Assembly: GCA_964270895.1 (NCBI GenBank)
Contig: OZ185453.1
Reading direction: 5' to 3' (one strand)
Origin: Podarcis filfolensis
Lineage: Eukaryota
Length of the DNA: 64,000 bases
The notes under the pieces: model-generated
The model's input: only the letters and a program-made list of their open reading frames with translations
What the model was told of the DNA's origin: nothing
The model's database searches: none
Program-made: the position numbers and the translations under genes
In this document: positions 10,801 through 24,640 of the stretch, one piece after another
Position numbering within the stretch: the stretch's first letter is position 1
How the letters are laid out: the number at the start of each line of letters is the position of its first letter

Positions 10801-11979
10801 AGGTTTCTGTAGTGACCAGGGTTGCCTGAATTTCATAAGCCCAGAATTTTATCTTACCCTCTTGGACACTTTCCAGAATGCAAAGACAGAAGAATGAGGC
10901 AGGCAGGCAGAGGAAAACTACATATGAGCCATTTTTTAGTATTTGTGTGCTTGCCTGCAAGTTGGTCTCAGCTGAAAGCTTTTCTACCATTCCAACCTGG
11001 GCCATTTCTCATAAGACACAGCATCTCTGAGCACACTTGACAGGCAGGCTAAGAATGAGTCACAAGACAACAGCTTGTACTGCAACCTTTGCAAAAGACA
11101 GGCACTCTGAATTCTGTATATGTTCATAAGCACTCTTCTTCTAACATGCAGGCTTATCTCAGCAAAAGAGATTCCAAGCACAGGGGCCTGAAGAGCAAAC
11201 TGCCACACTTTCTCTGGAGAGGACCTCTGCCTCTATGCGGTAGATGTGGCTAAAGGTATAGAGGACTCCTACGAGGGCCAGGTCTGAGACCTGCTTTCGG
11301 CACAGAAAAAGGACTGTGGCAAGTGTAATTTTCAAAGTTATCATCAAGTTCATCTTTATTCTGAGCTGGAAGGAAAACATATAAAGACTCAAGGAATACA
11401 CCTTGGCATTTATTTTTTTAAAATATACCACTTTATTTTCTACCGTGTGTGTTTATCCATTGATTTGCAGTTCAAAGATCATAAAACATGAATCTTAATC
11501 TTAGAAGAAATAAAGGCTAAGAGTGAAAGAGAGAGAACTCACAAAGATGACTGATGTGTCCATCCATTGCATGAAGAAGGGGAGGCATCCTTGCATCAGC
11601 TGCAGCGTAGCAACCCCTGCCCGCTGCAGATTTCAGGGACGGGCAGTGGCTACGCCCCTTTGCAGCACCCGAAACGCCCAGCAACTGCCATGCTGCCCTC
11701 CAGCTCCCCTGCCACCTGGAACCCCACCCCGACACCCAGCAACCACCGTGCCGCCCTACAGACCCCTGTGCCCTTTACCTGATTGGTGTCCTCCATCCAG
11801 ATCTTTTAGATTACAATTCCCATCATCTCCACCCAGCACGGCCATGTTCTCTTGGGCTGATAGGCGTTGCAGTCCAAAACACCCAGGAAGCACCAGGCTG
11901 GTGATGCTGTCCTAGGGAGTGAATGATACTCACTGTTCCCATGCTGCCATAGCCCAGCACAGAAAGCACTGTTCACTTG

Positions 11980-12205
11980 CCAAAGGAGATTCTGACTTAA
12001 ACACCAGGAAGAACTTTCTGACACCAAGATCAACAGTGGAACAGACTCCCACAAGAGGGGGAGGACTCTCCTTCCCTGGAGATTTTAAAGCAGAGGTTGG
12101 ATGGCCATTTGTCATGGATGCTTCAGTTGAGATTCTTGCAATGCATGTGGTTCGACTAAGATGACCCTTGTGGTCCTTTCCAACTCTACAATTGTATGAA
12201 TTCCA
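11980..12205 (+). mobile_element. CR1 LINE 3' fragment (approximate)
   Basis: aggaagaactttctgaca...cagtggaacagactccc...ggactctccttccctggag...gttggatggccat...cctttccaactcta. Confidence 0.85.
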
Positions 12206-15059
12206 ATTGGCTACATAGCAGCATGACATTAACTCCTGAAGTGATCCTTGACTGGCTAAAGTCACACACAGTGACTGAGAAGGCAAAATGGCACTGAAAG
12301 AGGAGCCACAGGAGAAATGGAAAATGCATGTTTGGAGGGGCAGTTTCATAATCCACCATTTGATACCAATTTCCTAATACATTTTCAGGCGAAGACTCTC
12401 ATTTCTAGATACGGGAACCTTCCCCCTCCCAAAGCGATGCTACAGAAGGAGGTGGGGTCATTTTTTACAGCATGCTGGCCCAATCAGCTTCAAGGAGAAC
12501 TGAATTAATTTAACATGCTAATTTACCTTCAGCCAATGTTAGCGAGGCTCCCACAGTCAGTGCTTCCTTTGAAGCTAGACAATATGCTGAAAAGATTCCC
12601 CAACTGTGGTTCCTTACAAGATGAAACAGTCTAGACAGCCAGAGTTTATCACTTCAAAGCAATGGATGTGCCATTAAGCTAAGGGAAGGGTAGATTTGGC
12701 AAGGGACAGTATTTGACAAGCATCTCAAATAAGCAATTTCCAGACAAAAGGGAAAAGGTGATAATTACTGGGGAAATCCATGTGTCACATGTATACTTGA
12801 GCAGGCATGTTTACAAAACTCCATACATGATTCTTTCAGCCAGTCCTTACAACTGGAAGGATTACAAAGGTTTCACCAAGAATGGGTAAAATAAAAATCG
12901 TTCACAGTCAGAGTGCGGACGGGGTGTTAAAAGCTCTTGCAGTAATAAGCCAGAAAGGACCATTTTTGAGGGGTGGGGAGGAGGCATTCCAAATAGATAA
13001 AAGGTGCTAGAGGAAGAAAAGCAAATAGTGGCAGGACGGGTGAAGATGCAGAGGGTGTGCAGTTCAAAACAACCCATGTCTACGAATACCAGCCATAAAG
13101 CATGCCTTTTCTCCTCTCTTTCCTTACAGTCTTGCGTCGAGTCAAAATCTAAACAACTGCTTTCTATTATAACAACCTCCCAGCTCATGCAACGAACTGA
13201 TTTTCTGATCAACTGATTGGTTTATGGACAAAAGGGGAAGCAATGCTATCTGGAAAAATGACTTTTCAATGGGAACAGGCCCAAGGCATAAATGAACAAA
13301 CAAGAATTGTGAGCAGGAAAGCGGGAATTATCTGGGGATGACGCAACGGGCACCCTGCTTGCCATTAATGTTTTTGCAAGGTTGCAGACTTCAGTCAATC
13401 CCATCCAGGTACCTGCAACCCAGGATAGCACTCCATGCAACCGGTGAAGTGGGCTGCAGTCCACAAAAGCTTCTGCAGTGATAATTTTGTCTGTTTTTAA
13501 GGTGCCACATCACTCATTGTTGTTTATACCCATGTGATGAATATTCATTTTATTTTCTAATATCAAACAGCTATAATTAACAAACACAAAAGGGTGAAGA
13601 AGGGGGGGTTAATTCAGTGGGCGTTTTTTAATTTAAAAAAAAATTAAACAATTTTCATGAGATATTTGATTTCAGATGAACAGTTTTCTATCTGACTTTC
13701 TGGAGTTTCTGGACACAAACCACAAATTACGTGTTTACGAGTTCCAAAATCTACAGCAGGGCAATTCCCTTTATTAGGCCAACCAAAATGTCATAAAATA
13801 GTGAAAAAGTGCTCAAGTTTTCCAGAACTCTTAATCAGACTGGATATTAAGCAAAAGGGGTGGGGAAGGTGCTTTGAGCCGGCTTAGTATTAAAAGCCAT
13901 AGAGTCCACATTGCTCTTCAGTCTTAAGATGGGAGTCTGGGAAGATGTAGCCAATTTAATGGATTACATAGACTCTCCTAAGTGCTATCTGTGCAGGCTT
14001 CAGGTAATACCTAGGACCACCAGAACAAAGAAACAAAATGGCTGACTCTCCATTTTTTAAAATGTTAAATCCATCCGTTGTCTAGATTTTTCACCAGTTT
14101 TAAGCAGAACACAAAGAGCAGCAGTGAAGAAATACAAGCTCCCACAAAAAAAGAGAAGATGAATATGGAAATATGGCCATTAAGTTGAACAACTATCAGC
14201 CCCAATTCCCTTTTCAATGAAGGAAAAGGCTGCACATCTCTTTCTCCCACTCATGATCCCTTGACACCTTTTAGCCAGTGTTGTATAGTGGCTAGATCGT
14301 TGGAATACGACCTGGGAGACCCCTCTGTAGCTACATCAACATTCATCCTTGGCCCTTTGCTTCCAGGATCACCAAGCTTGGCAGTTAGTGCCCCTTTCCT
14401 TAAAGAGAGGCACCCCAGATGTTTACCACAGAAACAGGTCTGAGATGAGAGCAGGGATCTAACAGCTGTAACAGCCATAGCCACTGGAGAACCTTGAAAT
14501 GCTGGAGAACCTTAAGCCTAAGGTTCCCTGTCTCTTCCACGTTTGTAGCACTGCCTCTTACCCATCCTGCCAAAGGGAGTTCAGAAAAGTGAGGCAACAT
14601 GGGTATATGCAAAAGGGTTTGGGACATTTATTACACTCATAAATATACAAGCCAGAAGAAGGACTGACTCATGCAATCATTTTTGTGGTTCAACAGGCAA
14701 CGCAAAGTAATTGCCCCATTCAGTTGCACAGTATATTGGCCTTATGATTGAGCACAGTACATAGTAATGCAATAAATTACCATGTCCAGGAGTTAAGCGT
14801 GATCCTGCTTAAAGAGTAGTGAGCTGCAACGGCTGACTTTCCAGTCTACTCCCACTGCTCTTTGTCAATAAATAAAGCAATATAAATATATATGTCAAAA
14901 GACACACACTTCCATACTAGGAATATGAACAGAGCATGCAATCCTATAAACATATGCCTGGGACTTACCGGTACTTCTGAGTAAATATGCATAGGATTGC
15001 AACATCCATCTGCCTTTACCCTCTCTGTGTGTGTGTGTGTTCCTGCTCCAAGGCACACA

Positions 15060-15300
15060 ATTTTCTTTTATTTATTTATTAAATTTCTATACTGCCCTTC
15101 ATCTGTGGATCACAGAATAGTTTACAATATAAAAACACAATAATGCATAACACAATAGCCCCCCAAAAAAACTCACAGAGTTTTTAAAGATTGTTTAATT
15201 ACCCAAAGGCCTGGGAGAAGAGGAATCTGTTTGCCTTATGTAATGAAGGCACCAGGCAAACTTCCCTGGGGAGAGCATTCAACACCAGGGAGCCACTGCA
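15060..15300 (-). mobile_element. Degenerate L2 3' fragment (approximate)
   Basis: ccaaaggcctgggag...aatgaaggcaccaggcaaacttccctggggagagcattc is similar to 28100-28200. Confidence 0.6.
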
Positions 15301-17749
15301 GAAAAGGAGCTACAGGGAACCAATATATGGAAGTAAAATTGCAGGAGAATGGCAAGAGGATCGCTGGTAAGGCTGTGCGCCATTACCATATTTTGCCACC
15401 GCACAAAACAAACATGGGAAATGGTACTGAAGGAATCTTTTATTTTGAAACAAGAGGAAATTTCTATGCAAAGCCGGGGCCATGATGTAAACTTGCTCTT
15501 TTTGTCTTGTGTATGCAGCCCAGATAACGGAACTTTTTTTTGTCAAGAAAGCGAATTCTCCTGGGGCAGGATTCCAATTTTATTTCTCATTTGTTTAGTG
15601 TAGAGTGCATCTAGCCCAGACTAACTTCCAGTCATGTAAAATTCCGCAGAGACCTGAGAGAAGGTTCTCTTCCTCCTGACATATATTTGGGTCACAGAAG
15701 GGCACAAAGAGGCCTTCGTCCTTCTCTCCCCAGATTCTGCTTTCCAGCTAAGTGTGTCCATGCTCCAGCCAGCGTAAGGTGCAATCAGTACTTTGGCTGC
15801 TGAGGCCGGTGTGCAAGAATGTCAAATAAATATTTCAGGTTTGTAGCATCACTTTCTGATGTGCGATTGAATTATTTTTAGTGCTGGAGTTGGAGGCGAC
15901 AACGCATAAATCTCCATGCCCATTTCACTGTCTGCACAATCACAAGTTCATCTATATTTCATGGGAGTTGTTGGGGACCAGTTTCTTCTATCAACAACCA
16001 CATCTGGACTGGAAACCAAGAGATTACACTTAAATAAGAAATCCAGGCACAAAGGTATTCCCACCCCAAAAAAAACATCGGAGCCGGAGTCTGTGTGGAT
16101 TCCAGCAAGCACTGGGACAAGTCCCAACAAATTTTCTGTAGTGACAGAAACATCTCCCTCCACAGATGCAACACCGGGGGGGGGGGGCGGCGGCAGAGAG
16201 AATCTGTTTAGTTGACATATTTTGCAGATTCCCTCACATGTATCCTCAAGCCAAATGGAGACAAATTTATGCATGAATATGTGCAGCTAAGTTACAGGTA
16301 AACCAAGCAAGGGGCTTCTCATCATTACTTCCAAGCATAAAGTTGTTTGTCATTTTTTGCCCCTCGACTGCTTAGGCCTCGAGTTCCTAGCAGTGGGCTG
16401 TCAAGTTTCTATGAGTTGCCCAAGTACCCACCACCCTCAGAGAAGGATGCTTGCTCAGTCTCTGTACGAGTCCCTGATCTGGTCTCTTCTCTTTCCAGAT
16501 CAGTCCCCCACTAGACAGGAGTGGGTAATTTTGCCATAACTCTGCATCAGACACAGTCATTCACTCACTCCCAAAGTATAGGCAGTAGCAGAATTACCTG
16601 TGGGATCTCTGCATGAGTCACTGCTCTAGGTGCCCCAAGCTCAACAACATAGGGGGTAGGAAAATGACACTCTTAACATATTTTAAGGTGGGGTTTTGTT
16701 TTGTTTTTGTAATGAAATGCCTTCCATTTTAATTCAGAAAAAGTGTGTGTCTTAGATATCAAAATGCTTATATCGGTTTACATTCTCCAGACACTTGCAG
16801 GCATTCTCTTTAGTCATCATTTAGCCAGTATCTACCATTCGTTGGGCAACGTGCCTCATCAATCGTCTGCAGTCCATTAATAGCTTCTGTTGCTCTTCTC
16901 TAAACTCCTAATTCATCAACGTTACTGAGGACTGAGACATGCACAATTAAGCAAAGATACAGGAGGCTAGCAATCAAATGCCCTCCCCCAATAATCATTA
17001 CTTTGCCCCCCTTCTCAGCTGTCCATTCACTACAAAGAACACGGGAACTATTATTCCCTAGGCTCTGCCAGAGGTTTTCCTCCAGACTAGTTCTCCAATT
17101 GGCCCCAGCACTCCCTCAGTCTTATTCCACCTCTTTTTATCCCAATTCTCTGCCATTTTCCTAAGGGTCTCTGCATTTTGATCCACTGTTTCCTTGGTCA
17201 CTTTACATCTCCTAGAACCCCACCACCAACAACAACAACACCTTTCGGGTCTTCTCTCACTCAGGTTTCAAGCTCCCACCATTTTAATCTTTGTTCCCTT
17301 TCTGGGGAAAAAATGCAGGGAGCCAGCCCCAATTCCGTTTTAAGATTTTTCTCCTAAGCCAACTTATCTCCTCCTCCTGCTGCTATTAAAGGAGCATTAT
17401 TTGTCAACCTGATGCGACCAGAGTGCTTTCCCTCAACCATCAGAATGTTTGTGAACATGGCATGGCATCACAGCAGCCCAGCAAATGTTACGGGGCAGTA
17501 GCTTATCCACGGGGCTTATCCACACTTCTGCTTGTCGCATACCTAGAAAGCACGGCTCAGAGCATTTCCCCCCTTGCCCTGCTCCTTTCCAAGGGAAAAC
17601 CCGAATTGCCATTTCCTCAACTGAATGCTAGATAGCCGTTTTCCCTGGGGAAAGCAGTGGGACAATAGGAAGGGCAGATACATCCTCAGGCAGTGTTAAG
17701 AAACTGGGATCGAAAAGCTAGGAGCCAAATGGCTTCTAGGACCTGGGTT

Positions 17750-18130
17750 GTGGGTGCTAAAACAGAATGTCTAGTTGCCACTGGAGGGGTGGGCAACACT
17801 TTTTATTATTTTGATAAGCATGAATTAATATGCAATTCACGTAAGTGAACCACATTTTTAGCAGAAATTGTCAATACGTGTTTTATTTGGTGTTTACAAT
17901 AAAAATACTGGTACCATACTTGTTTTCAAAACACTCTACTCTTTATTGTTAAACTCCTTAACATATTGTCTATCCTTTACATATACATCAACGCTTCAGA
18001 GCACATACATTTCAGTAATCCTTGAGTGTCAGCCAGGCATTTAAAAAATGGCACCCAGACTTTTTGAGGTGCTCACAAATGGAGAATCTTCAGGGGCAAA
18101 ATGCACCTGGCACCCTGCTAATTTCAAACC
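17750..18130 (+). repeat. Old dispersed repeat, probably a hAT-type non-autonomous element (approximate)
   Basis: aaaacagaatgtctagttgcca matches about 51925; aaaatgcacctggcaccctgctaatttcaaaccctg matches the reverse complement of about 31078-31110. Confidence 0.5.
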
Positions 18131-21100
18131 CTGCCCTCAGGGCAACAACTGCTTATATACTCAGTTTGCATGTGCTTGGTTTTTACTTTTAAACGAAGGA
18201 TGCTATGATTGAGAGCTGCCTTGACAATGACACTCTGCTGTGAGCTCTTACATTAGGTGTCCAAGGAGCCAGGCACAGTTACTCAGAATTACTTTGGTGG
18301 GGCAGCGTAACAAAGAGTCGTTCTATTTACTTTTTATTTACACAAATACTTGGCTCAAGGTGCTCAGAGAGGACAGTCCAGGCAGATATCACTTTAACTT
18401 CAGCAGCAGAACTGTACCAGGAGCCTTCAGTCCTTTTCTCTGAATACTAACAATACTGTGTTAATTTATCTTCATTTTGCAGAAGGGGGTCTGCCAAGAG
18501 AATAATGGCTTGCCATAGGCTACCTAGTGAGTTCATGGCAAAAGTGAGATGTAAACCAGAGACTTCCTGGCTCACAGCACATTCTGTTAACCAGCGTCTT
18601 GGGATGGTCACGGAAACGGTATAAATTGCTCAGGCAACAGACAGAGCGCTCTTTAAAGCATTAGCGTTGAACAGGTGCCAACCATCAATGCTTTCATGGG
18701 CTATGTGACTCTGTGCACAGTTACCTTGGCTCAAGTTCAACTGAATTCAATAGGGCTTTTGCACAAATACCTGTGCACACAGAATTGGAACCACATTTTG
18801 AAGCAGCACGTATTGGATAGAGCCCAGAGTTAGTCAGGTTGCAAATAAGGGGGAGAAAGTTAGGTTTATTGTTAGAAGTCTCTCTCTCTTTCTTCCATAC
18901 ACAGAGAAAAAGTACTGAAACAAATCAGGTTCTATAAATATTACCAAGGAGTGGGATTCAACTAATGAGTTGCATCAACAGAAGCTCTGTGCAAGGGCTT
19001 CTTCCACTTGTACAATGGGGCTTCCTCCCTCCCCCTGCCCGCCTCTCTGAAATTGGGTCAGGGGGTCAGGAGAAACCCCAGAACAGAGAGGGAGGATCGT
19101 TCTGTCCAGCAAGCCAAAATACTTGCTCTGACAGAATGATTGCCTTCCTCCCTAATTTCTTGAAGAAGACATTGGATTTGAACCATGATTTGACTATCAG
19201 GAACCACTTCACATATTCAAATACAATCTCCTTCTGCTGCCTTTCCCTTCATTATTTAAAATGTTTTTCGGACCATCAAATTGGGCAAACTAGGATCCTC
19301 ATTAATCACACAGTGAGTCTCCCATTGAGACACTGAAACCATGGTTTCATAGTTCGTTCCCAGAGTTGTAGGTAAACTGTGGTTACAGGAAAGCATGGCT
19401 TGCCAGATTCAGGCAGAACACAGCAAACTCTTCCCCAAAGAGGAAGGTGGTGGGGGAGAAGAACAAAGGCCACAAAGACATTCCAAATTTCCATGTCATG
19501 GTTTGCCAATCAACTCCCTGATGTCTGGAGAGAATTGCTGTGAGCACAAGCAGGAGAGGAGAGCAGAGCAGGTAAGGAACCAAAAAGAGAAAAATCGCAC
19601 AGCCTAAATTACCTAAAGGGGCTGTTCCAGTTTACAGCGTCCTTTTATTTTGCCTTCCTGCAAATTCTTTTTACAGAATATGGCTCTACTGTCAGCACAG
19701 TTCAGGGTAAAATGTACAAGGCACAGATGCAGCAGAGTCACAAAGAAGCAGAAAGAGACGTCCCCTCAAGCAACCTCACTCAGTTGTGCTAATTTTATTC
19801 TCTAAGAGGTAGATTTTGAAAATCCAAGCAACCAGTCACTCATTTTCTGAGTGCATATGAAATTCTGCCCGGGACCAGCTGGACACGAGGGAACTCCCAA
19901 CAGGATTTTTTGACATGCTACAGTAAAATATGAATCAGCAGCATTTTGAGTTGTAGGTGGGGGAAAGCGTTTGCCGTCTATTCCTCTGGAGTGAATGGAA
20001 GCCCTGCTCACACCTAACCACTAGCAACATGGGAGCCAGTTTCCTTGTGGCGAGAGCTCATACCAATGGCCGTTGAGAAACTGAAAACAATAACCACTTG
20101 GGTGGAGTTAATCACGTGAAGTCCTTCCCACCCAATCAGGAAGGCGGCAACCAAGGCCCCTCCCACTGACAGGGTGGATACTTCCCCACCACCACTGAAG
20201 ATAAATAGTGTGGGTTTTGTTTTCCAAAAAATGTAAATCAGCTAATTTTTATATTTAATTGATTTTTAGCAGCAGCCTTGTTTTTGTTATTGGGTTAAAT
20301 AAAATTTGATACAGTCTCCACACAAAAAATAAACAAATAAACATAGCATTGAGCTTATAGCATCATTTTACATAATCTTACAACATCAATTGTCAATCTA
20401 GGCTCTCCACAGACATGTTTGTGAAATTGGTGGGAGAAATTGCTATCTACTTCCATTGCATATAAAAAGAAGGGGGACCAGGTCGCATTAAAGGTTTCTC
20501 TCTTTATAACACCCTTTTCAACTCTTCTAGACCCAGTTAGCCATTCTGAAATAGCCCAGGTATTGTTGAACTAGCTCAGCCTGGGATTTCCAAAAAATAC
20601 CCTATCACCAAACGTGCAGCCACCAGTAGAAAGATTACGTGTCTGTGTTGAATAGTAAAATCAGAATTTACTTTAATTGAGAATTACTTTAATGAGAGCA
20701 GGACTAAAGTTGGATTTGGTGAGAGAGGTTGTTTTAACAATTTTGGAAATAATATCGAAGACCCTTTTCTAGAATACGTGGATGATTTTACATTCCCACC
20801 AAGCATGAAAATATGTTTCGATATTCCCACATTGCCTCCAACAGCAGCCTCTTTTTTAAAAAAAGAGATGGAGAGCACAAACTCTGCTAAATTAATTGTG
20901 GTCATCTATTAAATGCTAAGTTTTCAGGTGGTTTTTCTATGTAAAAGGACCACGGAAAAATATAGCCAACTTTCGTGAAGAGCATTATGAGTGACACAAT
21001 AGCCACATTACTATTGAACGATAAGCTAGACTTTCTGGCTTGGGGCGGTTTACCGAGAACAAGCCGTGTGCTGCTTCACGCTGCCCAATGGCTCCCACTT

Positions 21101-23892
21101 TCACTCCTTCCCTGAGACAAGCTAGATAAACAAATCAGGAAGCCTTCACTTTGTGTTACATCGCAAACCACGGGCCGTGGTTTGTTGCTCCCTGACATGC
21201 CAAGATCAACAAAGCAACAACAGAACATCATGGCTTCCACGGGAGAGACAAACCATGATCCCAGGTTTGGACATAACATACAGGCAAGGCTTTCTATTCT
21301 CCCTCATGACCAGTAAATCACAGGAGTGACATATTGTGTTTATTATTTTAGACTTCCTACTGGAGTAGCAAGTCATCATAAGTCCTAGATTTTAGGAGGA
21401 TCCCCAAATCTTACCAGCATCATTAACTGAGCCTGTAAGGTTTTATACTCTTATTTTATATCCTCCAAGTGCTCAAATTAGGAGCATTTTTAATGACAGC
21501 TTAAATACTCACTTTCCATCCCATGGAGAAACACTCTTTTGTGCAGTAGTTAATACCATCTCACTTTTGGAATGTTCTGGATATTTGTTACAGCCATAAT
21601 TCTATGGAGGTTTATTTGGAAGCAAGTCCCATTTTGCTCAATGGGACCTGTCCAAATTTATACACAGAACTCGTGCATAAATTTATGCCTTACTTGTCAA
21701 ACAAGTTGCATGCATACAGAGAGAGCCAAAAAGAAGCAATCTCTTGCCGCTACGCAGATCTAAATCTGGAGTCCAAAAAGCACAACAGCTACATTGTCAA
21801 AGGTTCTGGATAATGCTCCTTAGATGTACAAAGTTTTTGTGTAGTTACATGTGTTAAAACAATCAGTTAGCACACATACTTGCCCAGGAAATGTATGGAT
21901 TTCAAAATGGTAGTTTAAAACTACGGTTTAAATTTTTTCCTTTTTGTGTGCATGCAGTCTAAAGCAATGGCTTTAGAACAGTTTTGATTTTAAGTCAACC
22001 TGCCCAAAGGCTTCTGGTATTCAGACTGTGACTGTAGCATCTCATCTGGTAAACTGACCAGGTTGTAAGCCAAGCCAACTGCTTGCTGATAAATCGGAGA
22101 TTATCCACTGACATGTCCTCAGAGGTTTTCCATGATGTTCTGAAGTCTCTCTGCAGCCCTTAGAAAGTGACTCTCGAATAAATACTAAGTAGAAGTTTTT
22201 AAAGTTTTGATTCATGCAGAAGTAAAGGGGTTTAGTGATGGGAGTTCTGCATGACTAGAAGCATCTAGAGAGGTAAGGTCTGCAATATCACTGTGGGAAA
22301 TCTAATACCAGGGCAATGGTTTTACTGCTTGCTCTAGGCGAGCTCATTTGCCTCCAAATAGGCTCTGCTCATGTGTTTGTTAAGAAAAACAATTTTTACT
22401 AACCCAACCCAAATCATAATTCTTCTCTCATACTGTTTACCTGGAATTTTCACCACCTGAGAAATTGGGGGCTCTTGACAAAATGTTTCTGTTCTTCACC
22501 CACCTTCCCTTTAATCACTTATAAGTTCACTGATCAAATTTAAATACATCTGAATGGCCTTTCTGGGAGTGGCCTGGGAACACCCAACTCTGTAGGAGTG
22601 CTAAGGCAAAACAGGTAGGGATCTACAATGTGCCTGATTCAAAGACCAGCTGGAGCTCATTGAAAGCTGCTATTAGCGATCTAAAAGGAGAGAGAGAGAG
22701 AGGCAATAAAACCTGGTGTGAGTTAATTTAACATCTACCACTCCAACACCTTTCTTTTCCTCCGTAACACATCAGAACCAAAACCGCTTCACGCTATGAA
22801 ACGTCCCCTTGATCTGCATCCCAACCTTCCATCTCCAACCAGACCCAAAGTAATTCTGTTGATTAAAATTCCCCCCGACCACCAATTAATCAACCCAAAC
22901 GATAGTTGATTAAGTCGCCCACAAAATCGCGCAGCATGAACATGTGTACCAGCACCCCACTTCTTTAAGCAGCGCTTGAAAGTAACAGCCTTGAGGAACG
23001 GGAGTGAACCAGACAGCCTTAGCAGCGCGTTAATAATTGCCACAGGATGGGATTTCTGCTCCCAGAGAGGTGGGGAAGAGATGACGAGGGTATTGTATTG
23101 AGGGCAGCGCATGTTCAGAAGCGACTGTCACTTAGGGGGAACAAGAGGAGGCAAGGAGGGCAGTGGGGAAGGTGTAATGAGCAGGTGCGGGATAAAGGAC
23201 GTGTCAGAGCAATCTTGCCCTGAATCAACGCTGTGTGACCTTCCCAGATGGGGAGCACACGGAGAAGAGGGGAGGGACAGGAGAGGATGTGAAAAGCCAT
23301 AGGAGGTTAACAAGCTACAGGCAAGCGAGTTCCCCAGACAAAGAGGCACATGTCTTGTTAGAAAGGGGGCCAGTTTATTGCAGCGGCCGGTGCACACTAA
23401 AGGGAACCAACCTCTGCACTAGAGTGTGTAAAGGGGTAAGCAGGTGTCCCTTTTGGAATAGTAAGCAGCCCTCAGACAAAACCATTTACACCTTGCTAAT
23501 TAGCAAGGCTTCATTCACAGCTCAATGCAAGAGAGGAGCCCAGTTGTCCAAGGAGTAGCTCACACAATCGGCAGAATCAAGTGGCAAAGTCCCTTTTTTT
23601 AGGACTTTGCGGGATGGGAAGGTGCTTCCCCAACAACAAGCTACTCTTTATGTGCATAGAATTCCACCCCCCTCCCGATATTCGAGACACAGGAGCTGCT
23701 GGGAGGCAGCACTATACGAAAATGAAATTTGTCGTTTAATCTGGGGACTCGTCTTTAATAAGCGAATGTTTCAAACCACAAGCCTATTTCACACTGCTGA
23801 AAATTAAATAGGCTTTTTTTTAAAAATGCCATTGATACTATTGCTGTTGACTTATTAATTGCTTTCTAAACCACTGTTGCAAGGCAAGTTAC

Positions 23893-24165
23893 CAGACCCT
23901 CCAAGTGTCCCTATTTTCCAGGGACAGTCCTAGATTTACAGCAGACATCCCGGTTTCTGATTTGATCCCAGAATGTCCCGCTTTTCCTTAGGACGTCCCT
24001 ATTTTCATTGAAGAAATGTTGGAGGGTATGGAGTTATCTGACCCCTGAGCCATCTGAAGTGCTTTCATGTTTAATTATATTTTTAGATATGTTGGAAGCC
24101 ACCCAGAGTGGCTGGGGCAACCCAGTGAGATGGGAAGTGTATAAATAGTATTACTATTGTTGTTA
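23893..24165 (+). mobile_element. Chimeric element: MITE-like head (ccctccaa...ttggaggg) fused to an L2 3' tail
   Basis: Same head and junction as the minus-strand copy at 55800-56722; tail gttggaagccacccagagtggctggggcaacccagt. Confidence 0.75.
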
Positions 24166-24184
24166 TTTTCATTGCTGAAATGTT

Positions 24185-24430
24185 GGAGGGTATGAGTTAC
24201 ACATAGAGTAATTAAAAACAGTTAAAAACATGAACACAAGAAAGTAGATGCTCATGGCAAAAAACATTAAAACCACATTTATCCAGCTGAGAAAGTCTGT
24301 CGGAACAAAAATGTCTTCAGTTGTTTCTGGAAAGTGGACCACACCTGTCATATCTCAAAAGGAATGCGATTCCACAGAACAGGGGCAGTCACACTAAAAA
24401 TCCTACTCCACATTACTACAGAGCAGGCTT
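24185..24430 (-). mobile_element. L2 3' fragment (approximate)
   Basis: ORF 24348-24539(-) contains RIFSVTAPVLWNRIP. Confidence 0.6.
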
Positions 24431-24445
24431 CTGAGATCACAGGAG

Positions 24446-24640
24446 TCATAGAATCATAGAACTGTAAAGTTGGAAGGGATCCCCCAAGGTCATCTAGTCT
24501 AACCCCCAACAATGCAGGAATCTCAGCTGAGGCACCCATGACAGATGGCCATCTAACCTCTGCTTAAAAACCTCCAAGGAAGGAGAGTCCACCACCTCCT
24601 GAGGGAGACCATTCCATTGTTCAACAGATCTTGTCAAACA
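24446..24640 (-). mobile_element. CR1 3' fragment (approximate)
   Basis: tcatagaatcatagaa tail; ORF 24494-24745(-) contains EQWNGLPQEVVDSPSLEVFKQRLDGHLS. Confidence 0.9.

Noticed and set aside
14950-15000. Minus-strand splice donor (gtaagtccc)
   Set aside because: Part of a common short lizard repeat (ctcagaagta...gtaagtccc), not evidence of an exon.
21109-21118. miR-125-like TCCCTGAGAC
   Set aside because: Diverges after 10 nt; no star arm seen.
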